This document shows positions 41,401 through 52,100 of a stretch of 64,000 bases of DNA, in pieces. Numbering within the stretch: position 1 is the stretch's first letter; each line of letters starts with the position of its first letter. Source of the stretch: Haplodiscus bocki. Lineage: Eukaryota. The DNA lies in the NCBI GenBank assembly GCA_965655095.1, contig OZ296652.1:56668001-56732000 (forward strand), in the 5' to 3' direction. Made by a program: the position numbers and the translations under genes. Under the pieces are notes generated by a model that ran no database searches, was not told the DNA's origin, and saw nothing but the letters and a program-made list of their open reading frames with translations.

Positions 41401-44400
41401 ACCACAAAATTTCAAAAGCAATATAGTTTCGCCGAAAACCGATAAATATCAAAGGTGACCAGAAATTTAAAAAGACTGCCGCAGATAGTGTCCGACGGAA
41501 GCAGCGATTGAGGGATTAATATTAAGATTTCAAGCCTTTCTTCGAAAGGCAAGGCATAAAGCAGTTACCCGGAAAGGACTGTTTCCGAGATTTCACTTGG
41601 ACGACACAAACTATCAACAACATTGCGGGCCAGTAGAAAAAGAGTATTATAACAACCGCAGATTTGGGCGTAGAATTAAAAACCCATCGAACAATATGAA
41701 GCATCGGAAAAATTCAACTGAACTCGGGACAACATCCAAAAAAAATTTAAAAAAACTGACCAACACCGTAACTTTCGCAGTACACAAAGGTAAAAGAAGA
41801 ATTTGATGAAGATCTTAGAGAAGAGAAGAAGAAAATGAAGACTGTTCCGTATCTCCAGCAGCAATAACCATGGAGATGGAGAAAATAGTAAACATGTTTT
41901 GGACTCAAGAATTTAAAACAAATGTTGCAAATAAATGAGTCAACACAGGCGTAACTTGGAGGAATTACTGAATCTCAGGATTACAAAAATAACAGCAAAA
42001 ACAGACCATTTTGCTTACTTGAAAACGCCTCAGCGAGACGTCAATTGGAACCAGAGAAAAAAACGACAACATAGTTCTAACACCTAACGTAACATGAACA
42101 GATACAGAGTTTGAAACAGAGCTCATATTTATCCGACATTCTCAGAATATTTCATGTCAAGATTAACTTAACACTGAACTCTTGATGTGCCTTGAAGAAA
42201 AAGATTACGACCTGAGAGGAAACAAAATTAAGATTACTCGCTGTCAGGAAAAAAAACAACAAGCTAGATATAGAGGAACTTGAAAAAAAATCTAGCCTTT
42301 CCTGTGACGAAGAACATTGTTGCGACTTGAAATAAACGAGCATTTAATACAACCGAACAAAAAAATCAAAACAAATACAAAAGTTAAACAACCGAAGTCT
42401 GCCAAAGAAATAGTTTTTTTTCTCCGAAACAACTGAGACTTTTTCTGAAATCCCCTTTGACTTTCAGAGAAAATTGGCGAACAACTATTAAATACCAAGA
42501 AAGATCTACGTCAAAAGGACGCAACGTAAAATGCCAAAAGCACCATTTTCAGCAAAAAATCCAAGAAAAACTGGCACAAAGAGCAAATCACTGAGAAATT
42601 GAAAATCAACCGGAAAAAAACGTGGAAACATTTGCCGATAATTCCAGATACCAAACTAGAACTGGAATCACAATCGCTTTACCACAGAAAGGATATTTCT
42701 TTTTTTGCAAAATTGACACCGCTTTTGCAAAAGTTTGTATGAGATCGTCTGTCATCGAAGCAAAAGATTCATGAAAAGTCAATGAACCCGCAAAAACCGA
42801 CAATCGATTCAAACAGGTCGATGACTATAATACTCGAAAAGAGGAAAACTATACAAATTAACTAATTGGCCTTGAACGTCAAAATTGACCGAGAAATGAA
42901 AAACTATATTTTTGAATAACGATTCCTTCGAGTAAAAATGCCACATGACCACAAAATTTCAAAAGCAATATAGTTTCGCCGACAACCGATAAATATCAAA
43001 GGTGACCAGAAATTTAAAAAGACTGCCGCAGATAGTGTCCGACGGAAGCAGCGATTGAGGGATTAATATTAAGATTTCAAGCCTTTCTTCGAAAGGCAAG
43101 GCAAAAAGCAGTTACCCGGAAAGGACTGTTTCCGAGATTTCACTTGGACGACACAAACTATCAACAACATTTCGGGCCAGTAGAAAAATATTATAACAAC
43201 CGCAGATTTGGGCGTAGAATTAAAACCCATCGAACAATATGAAGCATGGGAAAATTTCAACTGAACTCGGGACAACATCCAAAAAAAATTTAAAAAAACT
43301 GACCAACACCGTAACTTTCGCAGTACACAAATGTGAAAGAAGAAGTTGATGAAGACTCTTAGAGAAGAAGAAAATGAAGACTGTTCCGTATCTCCAGCAG
43401 CAATAACCATGGAGATGGAGAAAATAGTAAACCTGTTTTGGACTCAAGAATTTAAAACAAATGTTGCAAAAAAATGAGTCAACTTATGCGTAACTTGGAG
43501 GATTTACTGAATCTCAGGATTACAAAAAACAACAGCAAAAACAGACCATTTTGCTTACTTAAAAAGGCCTAAGCGAGAGGTCAATTGAAACAATAAAAGC
43601 AAACATAACCGTAGTTTTACGCAAAAAATGAACGCACAGGTTGATAAAAACTGTTGGAGAAGTGCAGAAAATAAATGAAGACTGCTGCATATCTACAGCA
43701 GTATTAACCGTGGAGCAGGATAAACCAGTGAAAGTCTTTCGGACTCAACGAAGTTAAACAACTGCTGCATAAGAAAGCCTATGCGGAACTGGGAAGAATT
43801 ACTGATTCACAAAGTCGACAGAAAATAAAACAGTAAAAACGAACTGAGATGGTTACCTAAAAGAAGCCTACGCGGACGGTCAATTGAAACAACAGAATCA
43901 AACAGAAACGTAGTTTCACAGAAAAGATGAAAGAGCAGGTTGAAAAAAACTCTTGGAGATGTGCAGAAAACAAATGAAGATTGTTCCAAATCTCCAGTTG
44001 TATTAACTGTGGAAAAGGATAAACATTTAAACTGTTTTGGTTTCAGAAAAGTTAAACAATTGTTGCACAAAAACGAAACAGTACATGTGGAACTTGGGGG
44101 AGTTACTGAACGACTAAATCAACAGAAAAAACAGCAAAAATGAACCGTTTTGGTTACTTAAAAGAGGCCTATTGGCACAGTCAATTGAAACAGGAGAAGC
44201 AAACAAAAACGTAGTTTCACAAAATAGATGAAAGAACATGTTGAAAAAACCTCTTTGAGAAGTGCAAAAAACAACTGAAGACTGTTACAAATCTCCAGTA
44301 GTATTAACTGTGGAGAAGGATTTAATTTGTGAAACTGTTTTGGACTCAAGAAAGCTTAACAATTGTGGCATAAGAATCAGACAAAAATATGCGGAACTTG

Positions 44401-44925
44401 GAAGAATTACTGAATCACAAAGTCAACAAAAAGATAACAGTAAAAGTGAACCGTTTTGGTTACTTAGAGGCCTACGCGCACGGTCAAATAAAACTTGAAA
44501 GAAAACAGAAACATAGTTCTGCTAATATCTAACGTAACCTGAACAGATACAGAGTCTGAAACAGGGAGCTTATGCTTATCCGACATTCTCATGACACTTC
44601 CGTCAAGATTAACTTAACAATGAACTCATGATGTGCCTTGAGGACAAAGGTTACGACTTGAGAAGAAACACAAGTAAAATTGCCCGCTGTCCGGAAAAAA
44701 ATTACAACAAGCTAGATATAAGGAAAATGAAAGAAAATCGTTACTCTTTTGCGACGAAAAACATGGCGGCGACATCAAATAGACGAACTCGTAATAAAAC
44801 GGAGCAGGGAAATCAAAACAAAAATAAAATTGAAACAACGGAAGTCGATCAAGGAAAAAAATTTTTCAAATAAAAAACAACTGAATATTTTTCTAAAATT
44901 AACCTTATCTCTCAGAGAAAGGTAG
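14452..44925 (+). repeat. ~30.5-kb tandem macrosatellite derived from Gypsy gag zinc knuckle-protease-RT; 14 full units plus a partial
   Basis: Anchor (TCATGTCAA-like) at 14480, 16912, 19378, 21845, 24010, 27077, 31336, 32878, 34429, 35976, 37517, 39065, 40605, 42152 and ~44599. Unit lengths 2432, 2466, 2467, 2165, 3067, 4259, then seven of 1540-1551, then ~2447. Identical ORF translations recur at these periods. Confidence 0.97.
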
Positions 44926-45039
44926 CGAAATACGACATTTACCTAAGCAAAAAGCGGAAAGGAACTGGAACTACAAAAATCGAGTTTTGAGAAATTAAAA
45001 GGACAACAGAAGAACCTTGTCACGTACATGGCATCATTG

Positions 45040-45530
45040 CGCTGGAAACCGAATAAACATCGTAACAAATGATGCAAGCCCAACCGGACTCGGAATAGCA
45101 TTTTGGCAAAAAACGAAACGAATTTTTAGCAAGACCGATTGCAATTGCATTGTATTTGAATGAAAGCGCAAAGAATTTTTTGGTCGGTGGACTCGCTTTG
45201 TTAGCAGTTGCTTGTCGGTTGAGAAAATTCTATTGCTCTTTTTTGGAAAAAGGAACCACCAAGCATAAGAACCACCAGCATAAGAACCACCAAGCATAAG
45301 AACCACCAAGCATAAGAACCACCAAGCATAAGAACCACCAAGCATAAAAACCGCCAAGCATAAGAACCACCAAGCATAAGAACCACCAAGCATAAGAACC
45401 ATTATCGCAACGAAACCCTTCATTTCGACTATCAAAATGGTTGGGCAAGCTAGCACATTTTGACACCTCATTGAAGCAGACAGCTGGATATAGTCTAAAA
45501 GTTGCAGGTTTTTCAAGCACACACCCAGTG
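45040..45530 (+). pseudogene. Gypsy RNase H remnant
   Basis: NIVTNDASPTGLGIAFWQK..RPIAIALYLNESAKNF..LLAVACRLRKF..NHQA*EPL..RLSKWLGKLAHFDTSLKQTAG matches the TDAS..GLG / ELLAV / TDH / RL.RW motif series. Confidence 0.85.
45253..45401 (+). repeat. 16-bp minisatellite (GAACCACCAAGCATAA) x ~9.4
   Basis: Copies start at 45253, 45269, 45284, 45300, 45316, 45332, 45348, 45364 and 45380, with a partial copy at 45396. Confidence 0.97.
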
Positions 45531-46329
45531 GGGTAAGCATCAACCATTTTTTAACAAGAAATTATCATAGTCAGTTCATCTAATCTATCAAGAGTTTGTT
45601 ACATTTACAGACAATTTGTAGAAGAGGCAAGATAATGACGAGCGACCCATAAAAACATGGCTTCTATGAAGAGGCGGAAGTTAGTTGTTACGAGCTCGCG
45701 ACAAAAAAAATAGCTTCTGAAGCAAAAAAAAATCATTCTACGCGCGATATAGAACATTTATTTTTACTAACACCTACTTTGATTTTAATTCTAAAGACAA
45801 TAATACCTGAAGGTTTCCAGATTTGGAAATGAGATGATAATTCAAATGCGACCATCAACAGTGGAGCGCAATCAAGAAAAGCATGGAAATCATCAAAAAA
45901 CAGAAGATAATTCGAGAATTTTTTCGATTACTTAAAAACGGACAAAACATGACGAAAACTTCAAAACGGGGATTTCTTTGGTTGAAATTCGAGAACAAAT
46001 TCAGCAGAAATATCAGTGTGGCGCAAACGCCAGACAAAAGAGGTCGAGATGAGTGACTGGATATCGATTTACCACTCTGTTCAGAAACGTAGAATCAAAC
46101 AAATGGTTAGCGTTTTTCTGAGCCTGAAAACAAAAACAAAAAACGATGAACCCGAGGATATTTCGGATCTTGAAGAGAGCAAAACAGTCCAGACAGCCGG
46201 GTGCTCCAAAAACTGATCTGAACGACAATGACGTGGGGCCAAAACAGTTCAAGATAGTCATCTCAATCTTTCCATCAGACCCAACCACCGATATTTAAAA
46301 ATATGGAAGCTGAAGATGGTGGAAATTAT

Positions 46330-47290
46330 TTCCAAGGTCGATTGAACGCTAATCTACAAAACTTCGGTTGATCCGAAACTGCTACAGGTGAAGTTCTTTT
46401 TAATTAACGGCGAGTTCCTGAAGTATTCATTTTCTATTTCAAACAGTTATCAGAACTATTCAGTTTGTTATTTGTTTATCGTTGAATTATAGTGCTCCAA
46501 GAAGCAAAGAGACAAATAATCGACGTATTTTTATTTAGTTCAGTAACAAGGGATCTGCAAACAAACTTGTCAAAAATTCAGTACTGTGGTTATCTACCAT
46601 TTACAAAAACATTGAGAACAGATGCAATTCTTGCACCAACTCCTGTGAGAATCAGAAATATCAATTACCATCGACCGAACAGAACAATTTGCACGTGTGG
46701 ATCGCGGACAAAGAATTCAATAAACTTTTCTGGTTTTCAGGTAACTTACTCAATGAAAAACTTCCCGGCGAACTGTACATTTTTTAGCAATCAAATGATT
46801 TAGGAAATGACCAGTGATACGACTCTTTAAGTCCATTGATGGACAGGAAGTGATACTTTTTTCCAGAGCCATGTGAATATGTACGAAGTCATGGAGAAAG
46901 AACAATCAGACCGAGGCATTCTTTTCCTTTCCACAAAAATGGAGTTCTGTTAGACGAGAAATTGGAAAGAAGTATAGTCTTACTGTACTACATACTGGAA
47001 TAGAGGCAGTGGGAAATGTGACACAATGTTTGAACAATGTGATAAATGCAAACCTCCAAAACCACATCAGTTTTACCATAAGCGTTAATTGCGCGCTGAG
47101 AGCAATGAAACTCAAAGTGCTCACTAGATTTCGAAATACACGTCTTTATATTCACTGCGGGAGAGAATCACGGACCGAATCATTTAATATAAATTAGAAT
47201 GGAATTAACTTTTCATCGGAATTGACAAAGTTATATTTGTCAGAGGGACCGAAGTGGATCGCCTATTATGTAGGCCGGAACTCCAAAAGA
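46330..47290 (+). pseudogene. Gypsy integrase remnant
   Basis: KQLSELFSLLFVYR*IIVLQEAKRQIIDV (pre-HHCC region); YEVMEKEQSDRGILFLS (G.P..I.SD.G..F.S); LHTGIEAVGNVTQCLNNVINANL..VNCALRAMK..HCGRESRTE (G.VER...LK helix and GR.PR motifs; ORF 47009-47197). Confidence 0.75.
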
Positions 47291-47313
47291 GAAGTCAGCG
47301 GCGATAACGTCAC

Positions 47314-47314
47314 G

Positions 47315-47354
<40 letters not shown>

Positions 47355-47560
47355 AGGGTCTTCGCAGCATGCTGCAGGGCGTTGCATCCCATTCAGCGTT
47401 CTAGATTGTTGTCCACAAGTCTCTGCACTGGTGACAGTCACAGGCTGCCTGCCAAGTACAGACATTTTGGAATGAGAACCTTTCTTCAAATATCGCTTTC
47501 ATTGTTTTCAGAATCCTACTTCCCATTAGCTTGATGTTGTTTGCTGCTTGCAACACAGAT
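47314..47560 (-). mobile_element. 5'-truncated non-LTR retrotransposon (CR1/L2-like) 3' end with (AAC)n tail
   Basis: (GTT)13 at 47314-47352 abuts a higher-GC segment whose minus strand reads VLQAANNIKLMGSRILKTMKAIFEERFSFQNVCTWQAACDCHQCRDLWTTI*, followed by a short UTR. Confidence 0.55.
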
Positions 47561-48298
47561 TAGCGAAAAGGGAGGCAATCAAACTGCATAATGAAGAAAT
47601 GATTTATCGCTACCTTTTCTTGAAAAATCGAAAAGAAGAATCGAAGGAAAATTTGACAAGAAACCAAATTTGGCCATAAGCGGCACCGAACACACGGTGC
47701 TAACCGAAGGCAAATGAATGACTACACCAAAAACTGATATCAGAACTGGTTAATTTTGAGAAGTCACTGCAGAAAAAAGTCAACCGAGCAAGCATCTCAG
47801 AGTTGCCACAGGAAAGTAGTTTAGTGGCTCAGAAATTGAAACACAGAACAGAGATTGGATATTACTTGACTTTCCGTCCGAAAAATTGAAGAAATGGGAA
47901 ACTCATCGCGAAGATAGCAAATTTGAATGCTACAAGTCAGATGAAATGCCAGTATTTGTAGACTTAGACAAAGAATTCCAGGAGGAGTGCGAAAAGTCAG
48001 ACTTGTCTTCTTACCGACTAAGTCCAACTAGTACGAAATTAACATTAACGGTGAGAACGGAAATTACATATTGGGCGATTTCTTTATTCTACCGAATTGA
48101 AATCGAAATGTAAACCATCGGATCAATTAGGTTTGTGAAATACCATTTTTTAAAAGAAAAGAAATTGGGGAATTACTCTAATTTTCGTAATACTGGCTCA
48201 ACCCGAAAAGAACTGCTCGAACCGAAACAACGGAAAAAAACAGATGAAAAGGACGCCATTTGAAACTCCGTTGATGCGGATTAGAACCGAAGTGCTAT

Positions 48299-48309
48299 AG
48301 GGAGAGAAA
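48299..48309 (+). other. Polypurine tract
   Basis: AGGGAGAGAAA lies immediately before the TGTCATA start of the 3' LTR candidate. Confidence 0.6.
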
Positions 48310-48530
48310 TGTCATACGGTTACATAACCGATGAGAAAAAATTCCAACCGAAGAAAGCTGCTCGGCTCTCAGTGTTTGTAATCTTCGTCAATGTTTTATT
48401 TGTTGTTTGAATTTCGCTAACTTAATTTTACTGAAACCTATCTAGCTAAAATCTCGGTACAAAATAGTTGAATACATTCCAAAAAACACAATTTCACTGC
48501 TTAACTTTAGAATATAACATTGTATACTAA
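48310..48530 (+). repeat. 3' LTR candidate (may extend to ..TTATACA at 48570)
   Basis: TG start right after the PPT; aligns with 10991-11220 at roughly 65-72% identity by eye. Confidence 0.65.
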
Positions 48531-49013
48531 AACTATCTGACTGTCGCTAAGCCTGTTGTTAAATTATACATGGTTAAAACTATTTTGATGGACATTGCTA
48601 TCCATTCATTATATACTTGGAATTTGTTTTTAAAACATAAAATACAACATTGAACAACAAAGAAGTAGCTTATTTAGATATAAATAACACACTAAAACTA
48701 CCCATTTATCGCATTTTAATCAAAATTTAATATTCAATTGATAATAGGATTGGGAAATTGCGAAATTGATCCTACTCCGAATCAGCTCATAGATCAAATG
48801 GCTCATAATGCTTAGGATGCGATGCTTCATTATTATTTGATATGATTTTGTGTGCTGCTAAATTAAGCTGAAAAAGTCACGCCGCAAATTACTTTGCGCT
48901 ATTCTACCCCAAGAATACGTCATTGAGGGTGGGTTTGAAGAACTTCTTCAGTTCATGTGAGAATTGATTGAACACTGAGGGGTGGAGGGGCTGTTGTTTT
49001 GACGAAACCATCA

Positions 49014-49172
49014 TCAACTTGAGATAGAAGTGGAGGCGTTGGCGGAAGCGAGCATGCTTCCATCAGGGGAATACACAGTGCCTCTTTTCAAGAAGTTCTG
49101 ATATGCTTGCTTTTGATCCAGCACTTTCTCCCAATTCAATTTCGCTTCCTTCAGTTGTTTTAACCACGCTGT
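49014..49172 (-). CDS. PLEKHG7: RhoGEF terminal coding exon: TAWLKQLKEAKLNWEKV...STSISS*
   Basis: ttttag| acceptor; contains the PH C-terminal helix Trp; tandem TGA TGA stops. Confidence 0.85.
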   Translation of the reverse strand, partial: TAWLKQLKEAKLNWEKVLDQKQAYQNFLKRGTVYSPDGSMLASANASTSISS

Positions 49173-52100
49173 CTAAAATTCCAAATGACTTATTTAGTAG
49201 TTTAATTCATAGCAAAGACAGTTTTAAGGGTAGCTAGAAGCATACGAAATTGAACTTGCTAGTAATCTAATTACGTTAATCTAAAAATATTGTTGAAATC
49301 TTTTTTTTGCCTGTTAGCAAAAAATAATCCCGACTTGTATTTCAAACGGAGAATGACGCAAAAAAAGAAAAAATTGAAAGTCTTCCCTTTGTTGTTATTT
49401 TCCGCCTCCATATTTTATATGCAAAGCAAAATTAGTCAATAGCTAGTGTCGTTTTTCTTTTTTTTCAGACAGTTTTTGCCAATTTAAAAGTCTTGCGCTG
49501 ACAGACACCTCCGAAAAAATTTCACCGAGTTGTAAGCGAAAACAAACTAATATCGCAAAAAAAGTCATGTTTTCCGACAATGCCACCACCTGCAAGGCGT
49601 GCAAGTTTTTCTGTTAGTTTCAATCACTCGCTGATTATTTGTCAGCGGTCACGTAGAACTCATGATGCATAGAATTAAATCCGTGTTCTTTCGGCGGAAC
49701 TTTAGAGGAAAATTTTGAGAAAAGGTCGACAATTTCATGTTTATATGTCTTTTTACCACTGTGGACGCGTGGAAATGGCTACAGTGGTTCTTTGTGACGT
49801 TGGTTCAACCTCGTGAGACCAGTAGAGCATATCAAAAGTCAGGGAATGTGCCCAGTTTTTCTTCGTTATCTTTTCGGAGCAAAAGTTCGTAAAAGTCGAC
49901 TATTACTCCCATTTTTCCAAGAGATTTCGTGTTAGCTGACGGGTTTTCAAATGGTGAGAATTTGTACCAACAATCTTGTTTCGCTAAAGTTGTTCGAAAA
50001 ACAACGTAGCGCCTAAATCGATCTTTTTTGGGGGTGTAAAGGTAATTTTGCCGAAAAATCAGCGAAAAAATTTCTGAAAAAATTTCTTCGTGTGAATGCT
50101 CCTTTCTTCGCGCAATCCCCCTATCGTTCTCTGCGGGTCAGTATGGCACTGTAACTTAAAACTAATGAAAATGCACTGTTAGCGAATGTTCTTTGGGTAA
50201 CTGCATTTCTCCTTCTTGCAAAAAATTGCAATAATTGCCAGGAAGATATACTTTTTTGGAAAGCGTTCATTTCATTCTGAGGCGACAGGTTTTGGAGACG
50301 AATCACCTAAGCTTGCATTGAAGCAGCCAGAAGAAGCGGTGTCCATTTGTCACTTGTATTCTGCTTTTTGCGAGCCTAGCTCAAAGTACATTGCGACTAT
50401 GTTTTTTCAATTCGGTTTATTAACAGATTGAGCGACAGCGACAAAAACTTTCTGAAAACCGCCCATTAATCAGCGCCCATGGTACCTTTTTTTCCTAAAG
50501 CCGATGTTTCTGAAGTGTCATCACCTCGTCAAAAATTCTTTCCGCTTTTTTTCTAAGCTGCTTTACAAATCGTAGTATGTGTGCATCCACTGGATTGGGT
50601 TGGCTGTTCAGGAAAAATAGGCCCTGAAATTTTATTCCCAGATGACAAAAATCTTTCCATAATTTTATAGCAAGACTTCCATCACTGGAGGAGAACCCTT
50701 TTCTGAGAAGCGTTTGGAACGCTCTCCTTTTATTAGCCTATAGTCTTGAAACCCCAGCGCAACGTCCATTGGGACTGTATTTGTTTTTATTTCTTTTTCG
50801 CTCATTTTTCATTTTTGGATGGAAATCATTAGCTCAGCAAAGAAGTTCTTCAAGATCAAAATTATCAATTGCACTATGAAGCAAAGGGCCATGTTGAACT
50901 TTTTGTTCTGATCATTTTTCTCGAAAGTCATTTCAAAGTTCGCCTAATATGGTAGTATTTCTGAAAAAAAATTCTATTGCCAGAATTTGGGTTTTTTGAA
51001 AAAAATCCCAAATTTCTGAGTTTTGATGCATTTCGGAAAAATTTTCAGACATTTTTTTGTGTTCAAATTACTGTTTTTAATTTTTCCTCTCCAACTTTTT
51101 TTTGAGTCAGTTGGGCGTCTTGGATTAATTCCTGAAGTTGTACTACGTCACAACTGGAATTTTTTCGAAAAGTTATTTTTTGATGAAGCGCCCGTTGCAG
51201 TAGTTGCATCACTTGACAGAAACAAACCATTCAGCACTACTTTTTCAGGATGATTTGTTTTGCTGGAAATGATAAGATTGTGATTGCTTAAATGCATAGT
51301 CTTTCTACCGTAAAACAACTCAGGTAACTTTTTCAAGGCAAAAATAATTTTTTTGCGAATTTCTGTGCATGTTTTATTAATTGTTCTCATTTAGTATGTT
51401 CTTGTGTTTAATAACGCAAAAATAAATAAATTGAATAAAATTGTTGCTTGTGATTTTGTTGTAGGAAATGTTTAATTGGCATGCACAAAAAAGTCTTCGC
51501 ATACAACTTGTCCAAAACAACTCGTTGCAAGCAACCAGTCGACAAAGAAAGGGCGAAAAGTTTGTCGGAAAGTAAACTGGTCGCAAAACAACCGTCGTAA
51601 AATTAAGAGCGAAAATCTCGTCAATTAATTTTTAGCTGGAAATTAATGACTCGAAATTAATTAGGGACTAATTTTATAGTTGAATAATGACAAAGCCCGG
51701 AAAGGCCAAAAGTGGCACCGCAGGTAAGTCTCAAAATACTCAAGAAGAGAACCTTGGAGGTATTGGAAAATTTTGCTTTCCGGAAAAGTTAGGAAATAGG
51801 AATGAGTATCTTTGATTTTTCTTTTTTGGATTTTTTTTGGTATGTGCAACAGGGTGTGATAAAAATATTTAGTTTTTGCTACTTTGAAGAAAAGTTGGTA
51901 AAAGCAAAAAGTGGCTATGGCAAACACATGAGTGTCCGCGTTTTTGAAAATTTTTAGAATACATGAAGGTGTTTTAAAAAAATTTTTCGGAAGTGTAGTT
52001 TTCAAAATGTTTTGTTGATCATCGAAGGAGTTATTGCATTTTTTGGCAAATGGCGTCATAAAAAACTGAGTTTTGCTTTAAAAACATGTTTTTTCTGTGA

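Larger units (their letters stand above)
10991..48530 (+). mobile_element. Ancient Ty3/Gypsy LTR retrotransposon, internally expanded by a tandem array
   Basis: LTR-like copies at both ends, with gag, ZnK-PR-RT (arrayed), RNase H, integrase and PPT remnants in Gypsy order on the + strand. Confidence 0.75.

Noticed and set aside
14607-44838. Dozens of recurring minus-strand ORFs rich in F/L/C/S that look like a membrane-protein gene family
   Set aside because: They are antisense shadows of the A-rich + strand; the meaningful homology (gag-PR-RT) is on the + strand and is broken by stops and frameshifts.
14452-44925. CRISPR-like array, diversity-generating cassette array, or functional multi-RT gene cluster
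   Set aside because: There are no unique spacers; variation is by substitution and copy number. The RT YxDD-equivalent and protease DTG sites are destroyed and no intact enzyme is present.
45034-45547. ORFs with repeated GGSYAWWFLCLVVLML
   Set aside because: Translation of the 16-bp minisatellite on the minus strand in three frames; not a protein.
48955-49070. Alternative proline-rich frame (SLPPTPPLLSQ..APPPLSV) overlapping the RhoGEF stop
   Set aside because: No splice site found that enters this frame; the main frame closes cleanly with TGA TGA.
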